In this document: positions 1 through 8,161 of the stretch, in pieces
Position numbering within the stretch: position 1 is the first letter of the stretch
Layout of the letters: each line of letters opens with the position of its first letter
From: Bacillota bacterium
Lineage (GTDB): Bacteria > Bacillota > Clostridia > Ch29
Direction: 5' to 3'
Assembly: GCA_013540605.1 (NCBI GenBank)
Contig: JABVCK010000002.1
Coordinates: 32,339-96,338 of the forward strand
Length of the DNA: 64,000 bases
Made by a program: the position numbers and the translations under genes
The notes under the pieces: model-generated
Told to the model about the DNA's origin: nothing
Database searches by the model: none
The model's input: the letters and a program-made list of their open reading frames with translations, nothing else

Positions 1-254
1 AGCATCAAGGCGGCAGTAAAGGGGGGAAAGAGCATAATAATACAGACAGATATCGCAAAGACAACCGAAACGGTTACCTGGTTCGGCAAAGCGATACTAA
101 GCGATTCACCGACTATAGCCAGTGTGATAAAAAATATAATTTTCCATATGTCCTTGTCGGCCTGCCAGGTATCTGAGAAAAATACGCCGCAAGCTATTGC
201 CAGCAAAACCGTTATAGCTATTATAAGCTTCACTCTAACAGGAAGTCTGTCCAT
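1..254 (-). CDS. Hypothetical polytopic membrane protein, 5-prime part only (gene runs off window start)
   Basis: Minus-strand ORF starting ATG at 252-254 (MDRLPVRVKLIIAITVLLAIACGVFFSD...), strongly hydrophobic, no stop before window edge. Confidence 0.4.
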   Translation of the reverse strand, partial: MDRLPVRVKLIIAITVLLAIACGVFFSDTWQADKDIWKIIFFITLAIVGESLSIALPNQVTVSVVFAISVCIIMLFPPFTAALM

Positions 255-477
255 ACCCCATTCTCCTTAGGCTTATATAACTCAAATCCAGGCCGGCCCA
301 TAAAACTTAGTGCCAGTTGTGGGCTGCTCCGCCTGCAAGCACCAGAGCCATTAAAGACATAAGAGCCGCTATTACTCTTGCCATGGATATAGCCTCCTTT
401 TCTGCTTCCTCTGCTCTTTCCGCTAATATCAACAGGCTATACCTCTCCGCTAAAATCATGCCGGCCTGAATATTGAA

Positions 478-1122
478 TTATCTGCTCATCAGTTTGGTAA
501 TCCTGCGGTTTACGGCATCCAGAGTTGCTTTGACTATTGCCTCCTTGGTATCTCCCGCAACCACCGAGGAACCAACCAGCATCTGTTCACCGTTCCTGTC
601 AATATATGTAATGGCAACATTGACAACATTACTGCTCGCCATCTTCAGTTCCCTGATATCTTCAACGATAAAGGCCTCTCCGAAGTTCATGAACTCGGAC
701 ACCGCCTGCAAGGCAGACTGCGCCACTATCCTGCCGACGTTCCGGGACGTATTTATACCCTTGCAGCTGCCCGTATAATCCTTGTCCCTGTGAGAAAGCG
801 TCACCTTTACCTCCAGGTCGAGGCCTTTGCTCACCTGTTCCATCGATTTAAACACAAGGCGCAGCTCCTTGGGCAGGGCATTGTCGCAGTTCAGCTGTGC
901 AATGCTTATTATCCTGTGGTCAATGTCTATGCCGAATTTGGCCATGACCGCAGACTGGATATCTCTTACGATTTGTTTGGCGTTTCTTGACTTGTCGGCA
1001 AGGGCGTGGATTTCAATGGCATTACCGTTTCCGTCAAGCTTAACTTTAGAAGAAACAATCCCCTCCACATCGTTTATCAGTTCCTGGAGAATTGTTTCAG
1101 ACACTACAAATTTCTCATCCAT
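478..1122 (-). CDS. Hypothetical protein (weak resemblance to Asp23/Gls24-type stress proteins)
   Basis: 214-aa ORF with coherent coding composition; motif VVSETILQELINDVEGI reminiscent of Asp23 family; no firm family assignment possible by eye. Confidence 0.5.
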   Translation of the reverse strand: MDEKFVVSETILQELINDVEGIVSSKVKLDGNGNAIEIHALADKSRNAKQIVRDIQSAVMAKFGIDIDHRIISIAQLNCDNALPKELRLVFKSMEQVSKGLDLEVKVTLSHRDKDYTGSCKGINTSRNVGRIVAQSALQAVSEFMNFGEAFIVEDIRELKMASSNVVNVAITYIDRNGEQMLVGSSVVAGDTKEAIVKATLDAVNRRITKLMSR

Positions 1123-1201
1123 CTCTTTCCCCCGCTTTAATTCAATTCAATACTCACTTGTTATATTTCGACTTAAACTGCAATATTCCTTTTTTTAACT
1201 G

Positions 1202-1231
1202 TAAAAATAAATCGCCCGGCATATGCCGGGC
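1202..1231 (-). terminator. Rho-independent terminator downstream of hpf
   Basis: Perfect hairpin GCCCGGCATATGCCGGGC (1214-1231) followed on minus strand by a T-run (plus 1202-1213). Confidence 0.7.
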
Positions 1232-1243
1232 AATCTGGCTATT

Positions 1244-1768
1244 TTAAAACTCCGGTTCAATCAAACCGTAATTTCCATCTTTCCTTTTATAAATCACGTT
1301 TACTTCTTCGGTATCCCCGTTCGAAAACACGAAGAAATTGTGTCCAAGGAGCTCCATTTGCAGTATCGCTTCTTCTACAGGCATGGGCTTCATCGCAAAT
1401 CTCTTGGTCTTAACGACCCTTGGTTTCTCATCGTCATTTTCAGTAGATACAATATTCTCAAAAATCAATTTACTTCCACGGAACCTCTTTTCCAGCTTGG
1501 TCTTATGCTTGTTGATCTGGCGCTCCAGTTTGTCGACGGCCTTGTCAATGGATGTGTACATGTCGTCTGTGCATTCTTCACACCGCAGTACCGCACCGTC
1601 AAAGGGAATGGTGATTTCTATGATGTGCCGGTTCTTCTCCACATTTAGGGTTACCTGGGCTTCGGTATCCTTTTGAAACAGCTTGCTCAGTTTGCCCAAT
1701 TTTCTTTCCACCGTGTCCCTCAACGCGTCGGTAACCTCCATGTTTTTCCCGCTCGTAATGATACGCAT
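1244..1768 (-). CDS. hpf: Ribosome hibernation promoting factor, long form (HPF/RaiA/YvyD)
   Basis: 174 aa; N-terminal MxITGKNMEVTDALRDxVEKKLxKL signature of S30AE/sigma-54 modulation family plus C-terminal dimerisation domain; same genomic position as yvyD next to flagellar cluster in Bacillus. Confidence 0.9.
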   Translation of the reverse strand: MRIITSGKNMEVTDALRDTVERKLGKLSKLFQKDTEAQVTLNVEKNRHIIEITIPFDGAVLRCEECTDDMYTSIDKAVDKLERQINKHKTKLEKRFRGSKLIFENIVSTENDDEKPRVVKTKRFAMKPMPVEEAILQMELLGHNFFVFSNGDTEEVNVIYKRKDGNYGLIEPEF

Positions 1769-2149
1769 AAAATCCAGCTCCTTTCGATTTTCAATGTGCG
1801 TTCAAAGCCACTTACAATCCCGTAGTCTACGTTTGGTTTATTTAATTATACGATAGATTTATATATATTATAATCTATTATTTTATTAATATCCTAAAAA
1901 AGGCTTCCTAAACACAGCCAAAGGGTAATGCATTCCATATGTTTCCATGTTAAAGTTAACTTATTTGTGCAATAATAATATTCACATGTGGACATATTAT
2001 ATGTGCATAATGTGGATAACTCTGTTAGTAACTCCTGCTTCTGTGCTGGTTATGTGGAGAATATGCCACAAACCTGTGGATAACCCTTTGCCGAATTGTA
2101 ATCATTATCATTACTTTAATGTCGGCTTTAACTGAAAAAATGTATAATT

Positions 2150-2440
2150 TGTAGAAAACAGAAACTTCAGGCATCCACCTGAAGCTTCAGAGACTGCATA
2201 AAGTTATCCGGCTGACCTGGTCTTTTCCCCCACACTCGCCTGCTGCGGGTCTCGCTACGGTTTAAGCCTTCACTACTCCCCGTCTCCGGTTTAACCCCGG
2301 GCAGGACTTACCTCTAAACCGCACCATGCTCACCGGTATTTTTGCCGGTTTACGTGGGTCGTTTCGCCTGCGGCTGGCATCGACTTTCAACCACAGACCC
2401 GGAAAAACTTCATTATTCACATATACATTATAGCGTTTTT
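2150..2440 (-). ncRNA. Candidate structured ncRNA, proposed raiA-motif RNA
   Basis: GC-rich (about 60 percent) ~290-nt island inside an AT-rich intergenic region, no ORF, same strand and immediately upstream of hpf/raiA; ends in hairpin CTTCAGGTGGATGCCTGAAG plus U-run on minus strand (2149-2183). Confidence 0.45.
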
Positions 2441-2461
2441 ACGGATATTTCTCAAACCTAA

Positions 2462-2944
2462 TTATTTCATTTTATCGATGAAACTCCCTGAAACACCGCT
2501 AACGTTCTGGTTGTAGCCGTTTAAACCCTTCTTCCCCTGCCTGATTTTTTTCAGGCGGTCCTTTATTTCTTCCATATTATTCAACAGCTTCAGGTGGTTT
2601 TCCTTCTCCATCTCCTGTATGTCTTCAATCGTATTTACAATCTGCCTGATCGCTGACCCGAGGGCTTCATTATCAGGATTACCCTCCAGCACATCCTTTA
2701 ATTCCATTGAACCCCTTGCGCTCATAAGCCCTCTTAAATTTGCCAGCTCTGTCTGAAAAGACTGGTCACACCAGCTTATGTAGTCAATTATTTTCTGCTT
2801 CTCCTCCACCAGATTGTTCAATGCGTCTATGTCTTCATTGCCTATTGCATCTTTCTGCATCCTGGTCAGCTGCTTAATCTCCTTAAGCTTGTCCAGTTTC
2901 TCCTCACTGTACCTGATCAGCTTAGACAAATCAGCATTCCCCAT
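2462..2944 (-). CDS. Coiled-coil flagellar protein in the FliT position (FliT/FlgN-like export chaperone candidate)
   Basis: 160 aa, highly charged helical protein directly downstream of fliS, as fliT is in Bacillus. Confidence 0.5.
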   Translation of the reverse strand: MGNADLSKLIRYSEEKLDKLKEIKQLTRMQKDAIGNEDIDALNNLVEEKQKIIDYISWCDQSFQTELANLRGLMSARGSMELKDVLEGNPDNEALGSAIRQIVNTIEDIQEMEKENHLKLLNNMEEIKDRLKKIRQGKKGLNGYNQNVSGVSGSFIDKMK

Positions 2945-2953
2945 AATTTCCCC

Positions 2954-3343
2954 CTACTTCCCGTATTTTAGCTGCCTAACCTGCAGCAGAGCCTTCTCCC
3001 AGGACTCGCGTAAGCCTGCGGCTATATCCAATACCTCTCTTATCTTATTGGGATCCTTTCGAACATTCGCCTGGATAAGATTGCTTCTCATAAAATCGTA
3101 TAAACTATATAGCTGTTGCGACATATCTATATTCATATCCAGAGAAGACATAAGTTCGTTTATTATATCCTGCGCTTTAAGTATTGCATTGTTTGCTTTT
3201 TCCACATCGTTTTGTTCCACAAATATTATTCCCTGTCTCAAATATTTTTCGAGTCCTTTATATACTAAAACTACCAGCTCTTCCGGAGTTACAGTTGTTA
3301 CACAGTTCTGTTTATAACTCTGATAAGGATTTTGCATCGCCAT
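2954..3343 (-). CDS. fliS: Flagellar export chaperone FliS
   Basis: 129 aa, FliS family (…LYKGLEKYLRQG…LMSSLDM…). Confidence 0.9.
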   Translation of the reverse strand: MAMQNPYQSYKQNCVTTVTPEELVVLVYKGLEKYLRQGIIFVEQNDVEKANNAILKAQDIINELMSSLDMNIDMSQQLYSLYDFMRSNLIQANVRKDPNKIREVLDIAAGLRESWEKALLQVRQLKYGK

Positions 3344-3363
3344 AGTAATCTCCCCCTGTCATA

Positions 3364-5205
3364 TCAATTGCCCCAAAACGTAAGCTGCTGGGATAGCCAC
3401 AAGCTCTGGGTATTCATTTCATTCAAGGCTTTTTCCATTGCAGCAAACTGCTTCCAGTATCTGTCCTCTACCCTTTCAAGATAGCTCTCCATACTGTCTA
3501 TCCTCTTGTCCATATCCCTTATCCTTTCGCCGAGGTAGCTGTTATCGTAAATGGTGAAACTGGTGGCGCTCCCTGCCTTCTCCGACAGGCGGCTAATTCC
3601 GCTGTTCACTGCATCGTACAGTCTGACCGCGATGCCTTTCTCGCTGTCTGTCTCGCTGCTCCTGGTAAACAGGTTCATGACACCCTCCAGGTCGCTGTTA
3701 AGGGCTTCCATCAGCTTGCTATCATCTACATGGAGTTTCCCCAACTCCATGTAGTTCTGTGTCTTTATTCCTATGGCATTAAGCGTATTATAGGCAGACC
3801 CGGTTCCCTTCACCTCTTCGTACATCAAGGATCTAAAACCGGATAGGATCCCGCTTAACACAGGATCGTTCCGTAAAAGCCCGCTCCTTGCCTTTTCCTC
3901 CCACAGCTCCACTTCCTTGTCGGTCATGGCATCCTTTTGCTCACTGGTCAGCGGTGCATAGCTCCTGAACCTCTCCTCGTAAAGCTTGCCGGTAATCGTC
4001 TCAATTATTTTATTATACTCGTCTACAAAGCTCTTTATAGCATCAAAGGCCCCCTGTATATCCCTTTGTACGCTCATGCTTATAGTATCGGTCGAGGTGG
4101 CTTTCAGATCGTAATTGATACCGTCTATGGTAAATTTGTTGCTATTTTTGTTTATAACAACACCATTCAATACGATTTCCGAGTTTTGCCCGTAGCTCAC
4201 ATCGCTGTCAATCTGCAGCGCGCCCTCTGCTCCAAAAAGATTCCCCTCAATATTCTCTATGGAAACTTGGGCGCCTATGCCGTAATCCCTGGATTTCACC
4301 ACCATTTTGTCGGTTATGGCATCATAGTAGGCTTCCACCCCGGCATCCAAATTCCTGTTTATATCCCTGATAATGTCAGTCAAAGATTTTCCTGCATCAT
4401 CGCCGTTAAAGTCATAGGAGAACAGCTGCCCGTTTATTTTGAATTCTATGATCCCGCTTTCTCCTGCAAAGGGGCTGTATGTGAATTTTTCTGATATATC
4501 CTTTAATGACGCAACCATGCTTATCTTATAGGAATCGCCGTCACTAAAGCCCATTACACCGAGGGCGTCATTTTCTCCGCTGCCCAGTACTATCTGCGGT
4601 TTGTATTCCCCCGCCGGCTCAAAGGTAAGCCTGCCTTCGCTGACTCCCACATTTATTTGCCCGGGCCCGAAGGCTCCGGATTTATCTATCTGGGACTGTA
4701 TTTCATCCCTTAGTTCTTCGACCGTATTATACACACCCTGTGTCAGGGTAATAGTCTTCTTAACCCCGTCCAGGGTTATACTGAACTCCTTTGATGTATC
4801 GTCAATGGTTATCGGCAAGTCATCCAGAACCGCACCCTCCAAAGCCCTTGAAAGGGTACCGCCGCTTACCTTTGACGCCTGCTCAGCCAGCCTGTTCACC
4901 TTCAGGGTGTAACTGCCCTCCATGGCGCTGGCCCCTGCGGTAACGCTGGCTATGCCATCCTTGCTTAAAACAACGTTGTTTTTCCGGATGGTCGACTGGA
5001 GCCTCATATTTGATACAACGCTCCTAAAGCTCAACAGCAGGGAATTGATGCTCCTGAAATCCTCCTGCTGCCACTGCAGTACCTGCCTGCTCTGGTAGAG
5101 TTTGTCGGCCTTTGCCCTCTCCGCCTTCATAAGAGTGCTGACAAGGCTGTCTATATCCATTCCGGAAGCCAGTCCACCTATCCTTGTTATATTGGCCATA
5201 TCCAT
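3364..5205 (-). CDS. fliD: Flagellar filament cap protein FliD (hook-associated protein 2)
   Basis: 613 aa, N-terminal GLASGMDIDSLVSTLMKAERAKADKL and C-terminal FliD motifs. Confidence 0.9.
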   Translation of the reverse strand: MDMANITRIGGLASGMDIDSLVSTLMKAERAKADKLYQSRQVLQWQQEDFRSINSLLLSFRSVVSNMRLQSTIRKNNVVLSKDGIASVTAGASAMEGSYTLKVNRLAEQASKVSGGTLSRALEGAVLDDLPITIDDTSKEFSITLDGVKKTITLTQGVYNTVEELRDEIQSQIDKSGAFGPGQINVGVSEGRLTFEPAGEYKPQIVLGSGENDALGVMGFSDGDSYKISMVASLKDISEKFTYSPFAGESGIIEFKINGQLFSYDFNGDDAGKSLTDIIRDINRNLDAGVEAYYDAITDKMVVKSRDYGIGAQVSIENIEGNLFGAEGALQIDSDVSYGQNSEIVLNGVVINKNSNKFTIDGINYDLKATSTDTISMSVQRDIQGAFDAIKSFVDEYNKIIETITGKLYEERFRSYAPLTSEQKDAMTDKEVELWEEKARSGLLRNDPVLSGILSGFRSLMYEEVKGTGSAYNTLNAIGIKTQNYMELGKLHVDDSKLMEALNSDLEGVMNLFTRSSETDSEKGIAVRLYDAVNSGISRLSEKAGSATSFTIYDNSYLGERIRDMDKRIDSMESYLERVEDRYWKQFAAMEKALNEMNTQSLWLSQQLTFWGN

Positions 5206-5228
5206 ATACCTCCTTGCCGGCTAGACCG

Positions 5229-5633
5229 TTAAATTTTCCTGTCTACCAAAATACCGGCCAATTCCCACATCTTTGCCACCATGTCAAGTATCTTTTCCGG
5301 TGGTATCTCCCTGATAACCTCATCGGTCTCATCGTTTATAACCTTCACCATTATCTCCTTGGTATCCTCGTGGATAGAAAACTCAAACCTTTTGTCCACA
5401 CCCCTCAGGGCTTTGTTTGCCCTTTCTATAGCCTCTATAAGCTCCTGCTCTCCTATGGATACCCCTTCAGCCTTCACCATCCCAGGATTTGCCCACCTGT
5501 CTTCCTTTGCGGCAGTGTTTTTTTCCGGATTTTTCACCTTTTCATTCTCTATCCTCTTTGCCTGTTCATCCACTGCCTTGACGCTGTCTATTTTCGCAAC
5601 AGGACGGATGTTTCCAACCCCTTCGACCCTCAT
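5229..5633 (-). CDS. flaG: Flagellar protein FlaG
   Basis: 134 aa, FlaG family (…FEFSIHEDTKEIMVKVINDETDEVIREIPPEKILDMVAKM…), RBS GGAGGTG upstream. Confidence 0.85.
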   Translation of the reverse strand: MRVEGVGNIRPVAKIDSVKAVDEQAKRIENEKVKNPEKNTAAKEDRWANPGMVKAEGVSIGEQELIEAIERANKALRGVDKRFEFSIHEDTKEIMVKVINDETDEVIREIPPEKILDMVAKMWELAGILVDRKI

Positions 5634-5645
5634 AACAACACCTCC

Positions 5646-6003
5646 ATAGTTCGTAGTTGGCAGTTTACAGATCGCAGTCGACAGATCGCAGGTGCTAGTT
5701 CACAGTTTTCAGACCACAGATATTAGTTCCCAGTTTACAGTTTTCAGTTGCTGGAGTAAACCTTACAGGTCTTTCCCCTTTAGCGCTGCCCTATGCTCTG
5801 GCAACTGACAACTAGCCACTGGTCACTGGTCACTGGTCACTGGTCACTGGTCACTGGTCACTGGCAACTACGTATAAGGAATGTCCCCAATATATTTCTA
5901 TCTTATTTATCGGTAAAAAACGTTAAAACTTTAGTTTTCAGATCGCAGGTGCTAGCTACTGATCACTGGTCACTGGCAACTACGTATAAGAATGTCCCCA
6001 ATT
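5646..6003. repeat. Heptad-periodic CAG/CACTGGT tract with two copies of a GGGGACA-containing 30-bp motif
   Basis: 7-bp periodicity (…ACAGATC GCAGTCG ACAGATC GCAGGTG…; six tandem CACTGGT); motif CTGGCAACTACGTATAAGGAATGTCCCCAAT at 5860-5890 and 5974-6003. Confidence 0.8.
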
Positions 6004-6029
6004 TAAGAAAAAGCCGGCCTTCGGCCGGC
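6004..6029 (-). terminator. Rho-independent terminator downstream of flagellin
   Basis: Hairpin AGCCGGCCTTCGGCCGGCT followed by T-run on minus strand. Confidence 0.7.
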
Positions 6030-6053
6030 TTATGTTTGACTCTGTCCTCGCTG

Positions 6054-7205
6054 TTAACCCAGAAGCTGGAGTACGCTCTGCGGCAGCATGTTCGCCTGGG
6101 CAAGCATCGCTGTGGCAGCCTGGGTAAGGATGTTGTTCTTGGTGAACTCCATCATTTCGGCAGCCATGTCTACGTCTCTGATTCGGGATTCTGCAGCCTG
6201 CAGGTTTTCAGCAGATGTTCCTAAGTTGTTGATAGTGTATTCCAATCTGTTCTGATATGCACCAAGCTGAGACCTCTGAGCTGATACCTGAGCTATGGCT
6301 TTGTCTATTACAACTATATTCTTATCAAAGCCTGCTCCTGCAGCAGTTATGTTTACTGCTCCAATGTTAGCTACATCGCCTGAAACAGCAGTTCCAGTTC
6401 CGAGGTTTGCTTTATCCATGGCTCCGATACTGATGCCTAATACGGTAGCTTGGTTAGCGCCTATCTGGAAATTCAATTCATCACCGGTAGTTGTGATAGT
6501 TTGTGCATCTAAAGCTAAGCCTGTTGCACTAAGATCCGCATCGGCAGCGAAAGTAAGAGTTAATCCTATAGCGTCAAAATTTAGTGTTGTCCCTGCAGCA
6601 ATAGCCGTTGTATCCGCTACACTTATAGTTTGAGCTATTCCACTATTTGTCCCCTCGACAGTGATGCTATCTGCAGCAATTGTAAAGGTTAATGTCTCAC
6701 CCGTTTTCACCCCTGAAACATCAGCCGTGATACCTGCTGCGGCAAGATCAGCAATAGCATATGTTCCATCTGCAGCTCGGACCCCCAGAGAACCATCTAA
6801 AAGTTTTTTGGTGTTGAACTCAGTTTTACCGGCAATCCTATCAATCTCACTGTTCAACTGATCAAATTCTTTTTGAAGCTCAATCAGGTCGTCATTAGTA
6901 TTAGTTCCATTGTTTGCCTGAACAGCAAGCTCCCTCATCCTTTGAAGCATTGCATGAACTTCGCCCAGTGCGCCTTCAGCAGTTTGGATTAAAGAAATAC
7001 CATCCTGGGCATTTCTTGAGGCCTGGTTCAGACCCCGGATTTGCCCTCTCATTTTTTCAGAGATAGCAAGACCGGCTGCGTCATCTCCTGCCCTGTTGAT
7101 TCTGAAACCGGATGACAGTTTTTCCAGCGATTTTGCTCCTCCTGCATTGTTGATGCCCAGCTGTCTGTGAGTGTTCATGGCCATGATGTTGTGGTTGATT
7201 CTCAT
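6054..7205 (-). CDS. fliC: Flagellin
   Basis: Start moved to internal MRINHNIMAMN (RBS AGGAGG 8 nt upstream); conserved flagellin N- and C-terminal domains (…LSSGFRINRAGDDAAGLAISEKMRGQIRGL… / …QNRLEYTINNL…LAQANMLPQSVLQLL). Confidence 0.95.
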   Translation of the reverse strand: MRINHNIMAMNTHRQLGINNAGGAKSLEKLSSGFRINRAGDDAAGLAISEKMRGQIRGLNQASRNAQDGISLIQTAEGALGEVHAMLQRMRELAVQANNGTNTNDDLIELQKEFDQLNSEIDRIAGKTEFNTKKLLDGSLGVRAADGTYAIADLAAAGITADVSGVKTGETLTFTIAADSITVEGTNSGIAQTISVADTTAIAAGTTLNFDAIGLTLTFAADADLSATGLALDAQTITTTGDELNFQIGANQATVLGISIGAMDKANLGTGTAVSGDVANIGAVNITAAGAGFDKNIVVIDKAIAQVSAQRSQLGAYQNRLEYTINNLGTSAENLQAAESRIRDVDMAAEMMEFTKNNILTQAATAMLAQANMLPQSVLQLLG

Positions 7206-7210
7206 AATAT

Positions 7211-7245
7211 CTCCTCCTTGAATTTGTTTTACGGCGTCCCTGCCG
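7211..7245 (-). promoter_or_regulatory. Flagellin 5-prime leader with putative CsrA sites (GGA-loop hairpin and SD-overlapping site)
   Basis: Hairpin CGGCAGGGACGCCG with GGA in loop (7232-7245) and AAGGAGGAG SD (7211-7219), matching the two-site CsrA architecture of the B. subtilis hag leader. Confidence 0.5.
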
Positions 7246-7311
7246 TTTTTATTGAAGGTTTCATCCCGCATACCCGGCCGCTGTATACAGGTGAAACTTT
7301 CTTACACTAAT

Positions 7312-7340
7312 AATATCGAGAGGTTTACCCTATAACTTTA
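7312..7340 (-). promoter_or_regulatory. Sigma-D (FliA/sigma-28) type promoter for flagellin
   Basis: TAAA (7337-7340) - 15/16 nt - CTCGATAT (7312-7320) on minus strand, matches TAAA-N15-GCCGATAT consensus; overlaps csrA stop as in Bacillus. Confidence 0.55.
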
Positions 7341-7583
7341 GTCATCTTCCGATGTTTTTTTGACTTTTAATATGCTGTCAAGGTCCTTGATCGATATCTC
7401 CTTGTTAACTACAGCCTCCCTGTTCTCCTCCTGTATGGACCTGTACACCTCATGCCTGTGAATGCTCATGTCCTTCGGGGCGGATATTCCCAGCTTTACC
7501 TTGCCATCCTCCACAGAGACAACCTTTATTACTATATCGTCTCCGATAACTATGCTTTCATCTATTTTACGAGTCAGTACCAG
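7338..7583 (-). CDS. csrA: Carbon storage regulator CsrA (flagellin translational repressor)
   Basis: ORF track starts at an upstream ATG, but true start is GTG giving [23 protein letters not shown]… (preceded by GGGGGG SD); classic CsrA N-terminus. Confidence 0.85.
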   Translation of the reverse strand: MVLTRKIDESIVIGDDIVIKVVSVEDGKVKLGISAPKDMSIHRHEVYRSIQEENREAVVNKEISIKDLDSILKVKKTSEDD

Positions 7584-7596
7584 CACGGTATCCCCC

Positions 7597-8040
7597 CTAA
7601 CCTGCATCCTTCAAGGATTGTGCAACGGGATGCTTGAGGTTGTATCTGTCGTCTTCCAGAACGACCTGCTCGGCTTTGTTGTTGGCGGAATTGACAATCA
7701 CGGGAGCCTTGAGGTTGGTGGTCATTTTGCTGATATCCTCCGGTACGACAACAATAGTGAACACCACAACATCCTCAGGCTTTTCTATGCCCAGTTTTTC
7801 CACAACTCCATCGGGGATGTCGAATTCAAAATCATCAAGTATGCAGTAAGGATTCATCACAACAAAGGCCAGATCGGGCCGGTCCACCGCCTGGAGCCAC
7901 TTGAATACTCCTCCGGTATCCTCGTTGTTAATGAGTATATATCTTTTGATTTCTTCGAAGCCAAGCAGGCCTCTACAAAAGCTTATAATATCCTTCTCTT
8001 CAAACTCTATTTCTCCGAAATGCTTCGTATCGATTTTCAT
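7597..8040 (-). CDS. fliW: Flagellar assembly factor FliW (CsrA antagonist)
   Basis: Start at internal [13 protein letters not shown] (RBS AAAGGAAAGGGGA); FliW family. Confidence 0.85.
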   Translation of the reverse strand: MKIDTKHFGEIEFEEKDIISFCRGLLGFEEIKRYILINNEDTGGVFKWLQAVDRPDLAFVVMNPYCILDDFEFDIPDGVVEKLGIEKPEDVVVFTIVVVPEDISKMTTNLKAPVIVNSANNKAEQVVLEDDRYNLKHPVAQSLKDAG

Positions 8041-8060
8041 GATAATCCCCTTTCCTTTGT

Positions 8061-8140
8061 AGATCACAGTTCACAGATCACAGTTCACAGGTACTAGGTC
8101 CTGGATCCTAGGTGCTAGTCACTGGCCACTGACCACTGAT
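8061..8140. repeat. Heptad-periodic CAG/CTGG tract
   Basis: AGATCACAGTTCACAGATCACAGTTCACAGGTACTAGGTCCTGGATCCTAGGTGCTAGTCACTGGCCACTGACCACTG; followed by GGTGTGTCCCC. Confidence 0.75.
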
Positions 8141-8161
8141 AAGCGGTGTGTCCCCTTTCCA

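Noticed and set aside
1987-2084. Replication origin (oriC) at the DnaA-box cluster
   Set aside because: No dnaA, dnaN or other origin-linked genes nearby; flanked by hpf and flagellar genes; more consistent with a regulatory DnaA-box cluster.
2150-2440. Structured RNA as RNase P RNA, tmRNA or SRP RNA
   Set aside because: Could not find RNase P signature GGAAAGUCCGG/…AGGGUGAAA…, tmRNA tag reading frame with GGGG…UUCGA ends, or SRP domain IV GGAAGCAGCC motif; genomic position favours raiA motif.
5646-5760. Sigma-D promoter upstream of flaG within the heptad tract
   Set aside because: Scanned minus strand for TAAA-N15-GCCGATAT; only poor matches, so none reported.
6295-6861. Plus-strand ORFs inside the flagellin gene
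   Set aside because: Antisense to a well-supported flagellin CDS; arise from Ala/Thr-rich low-complexity codons.
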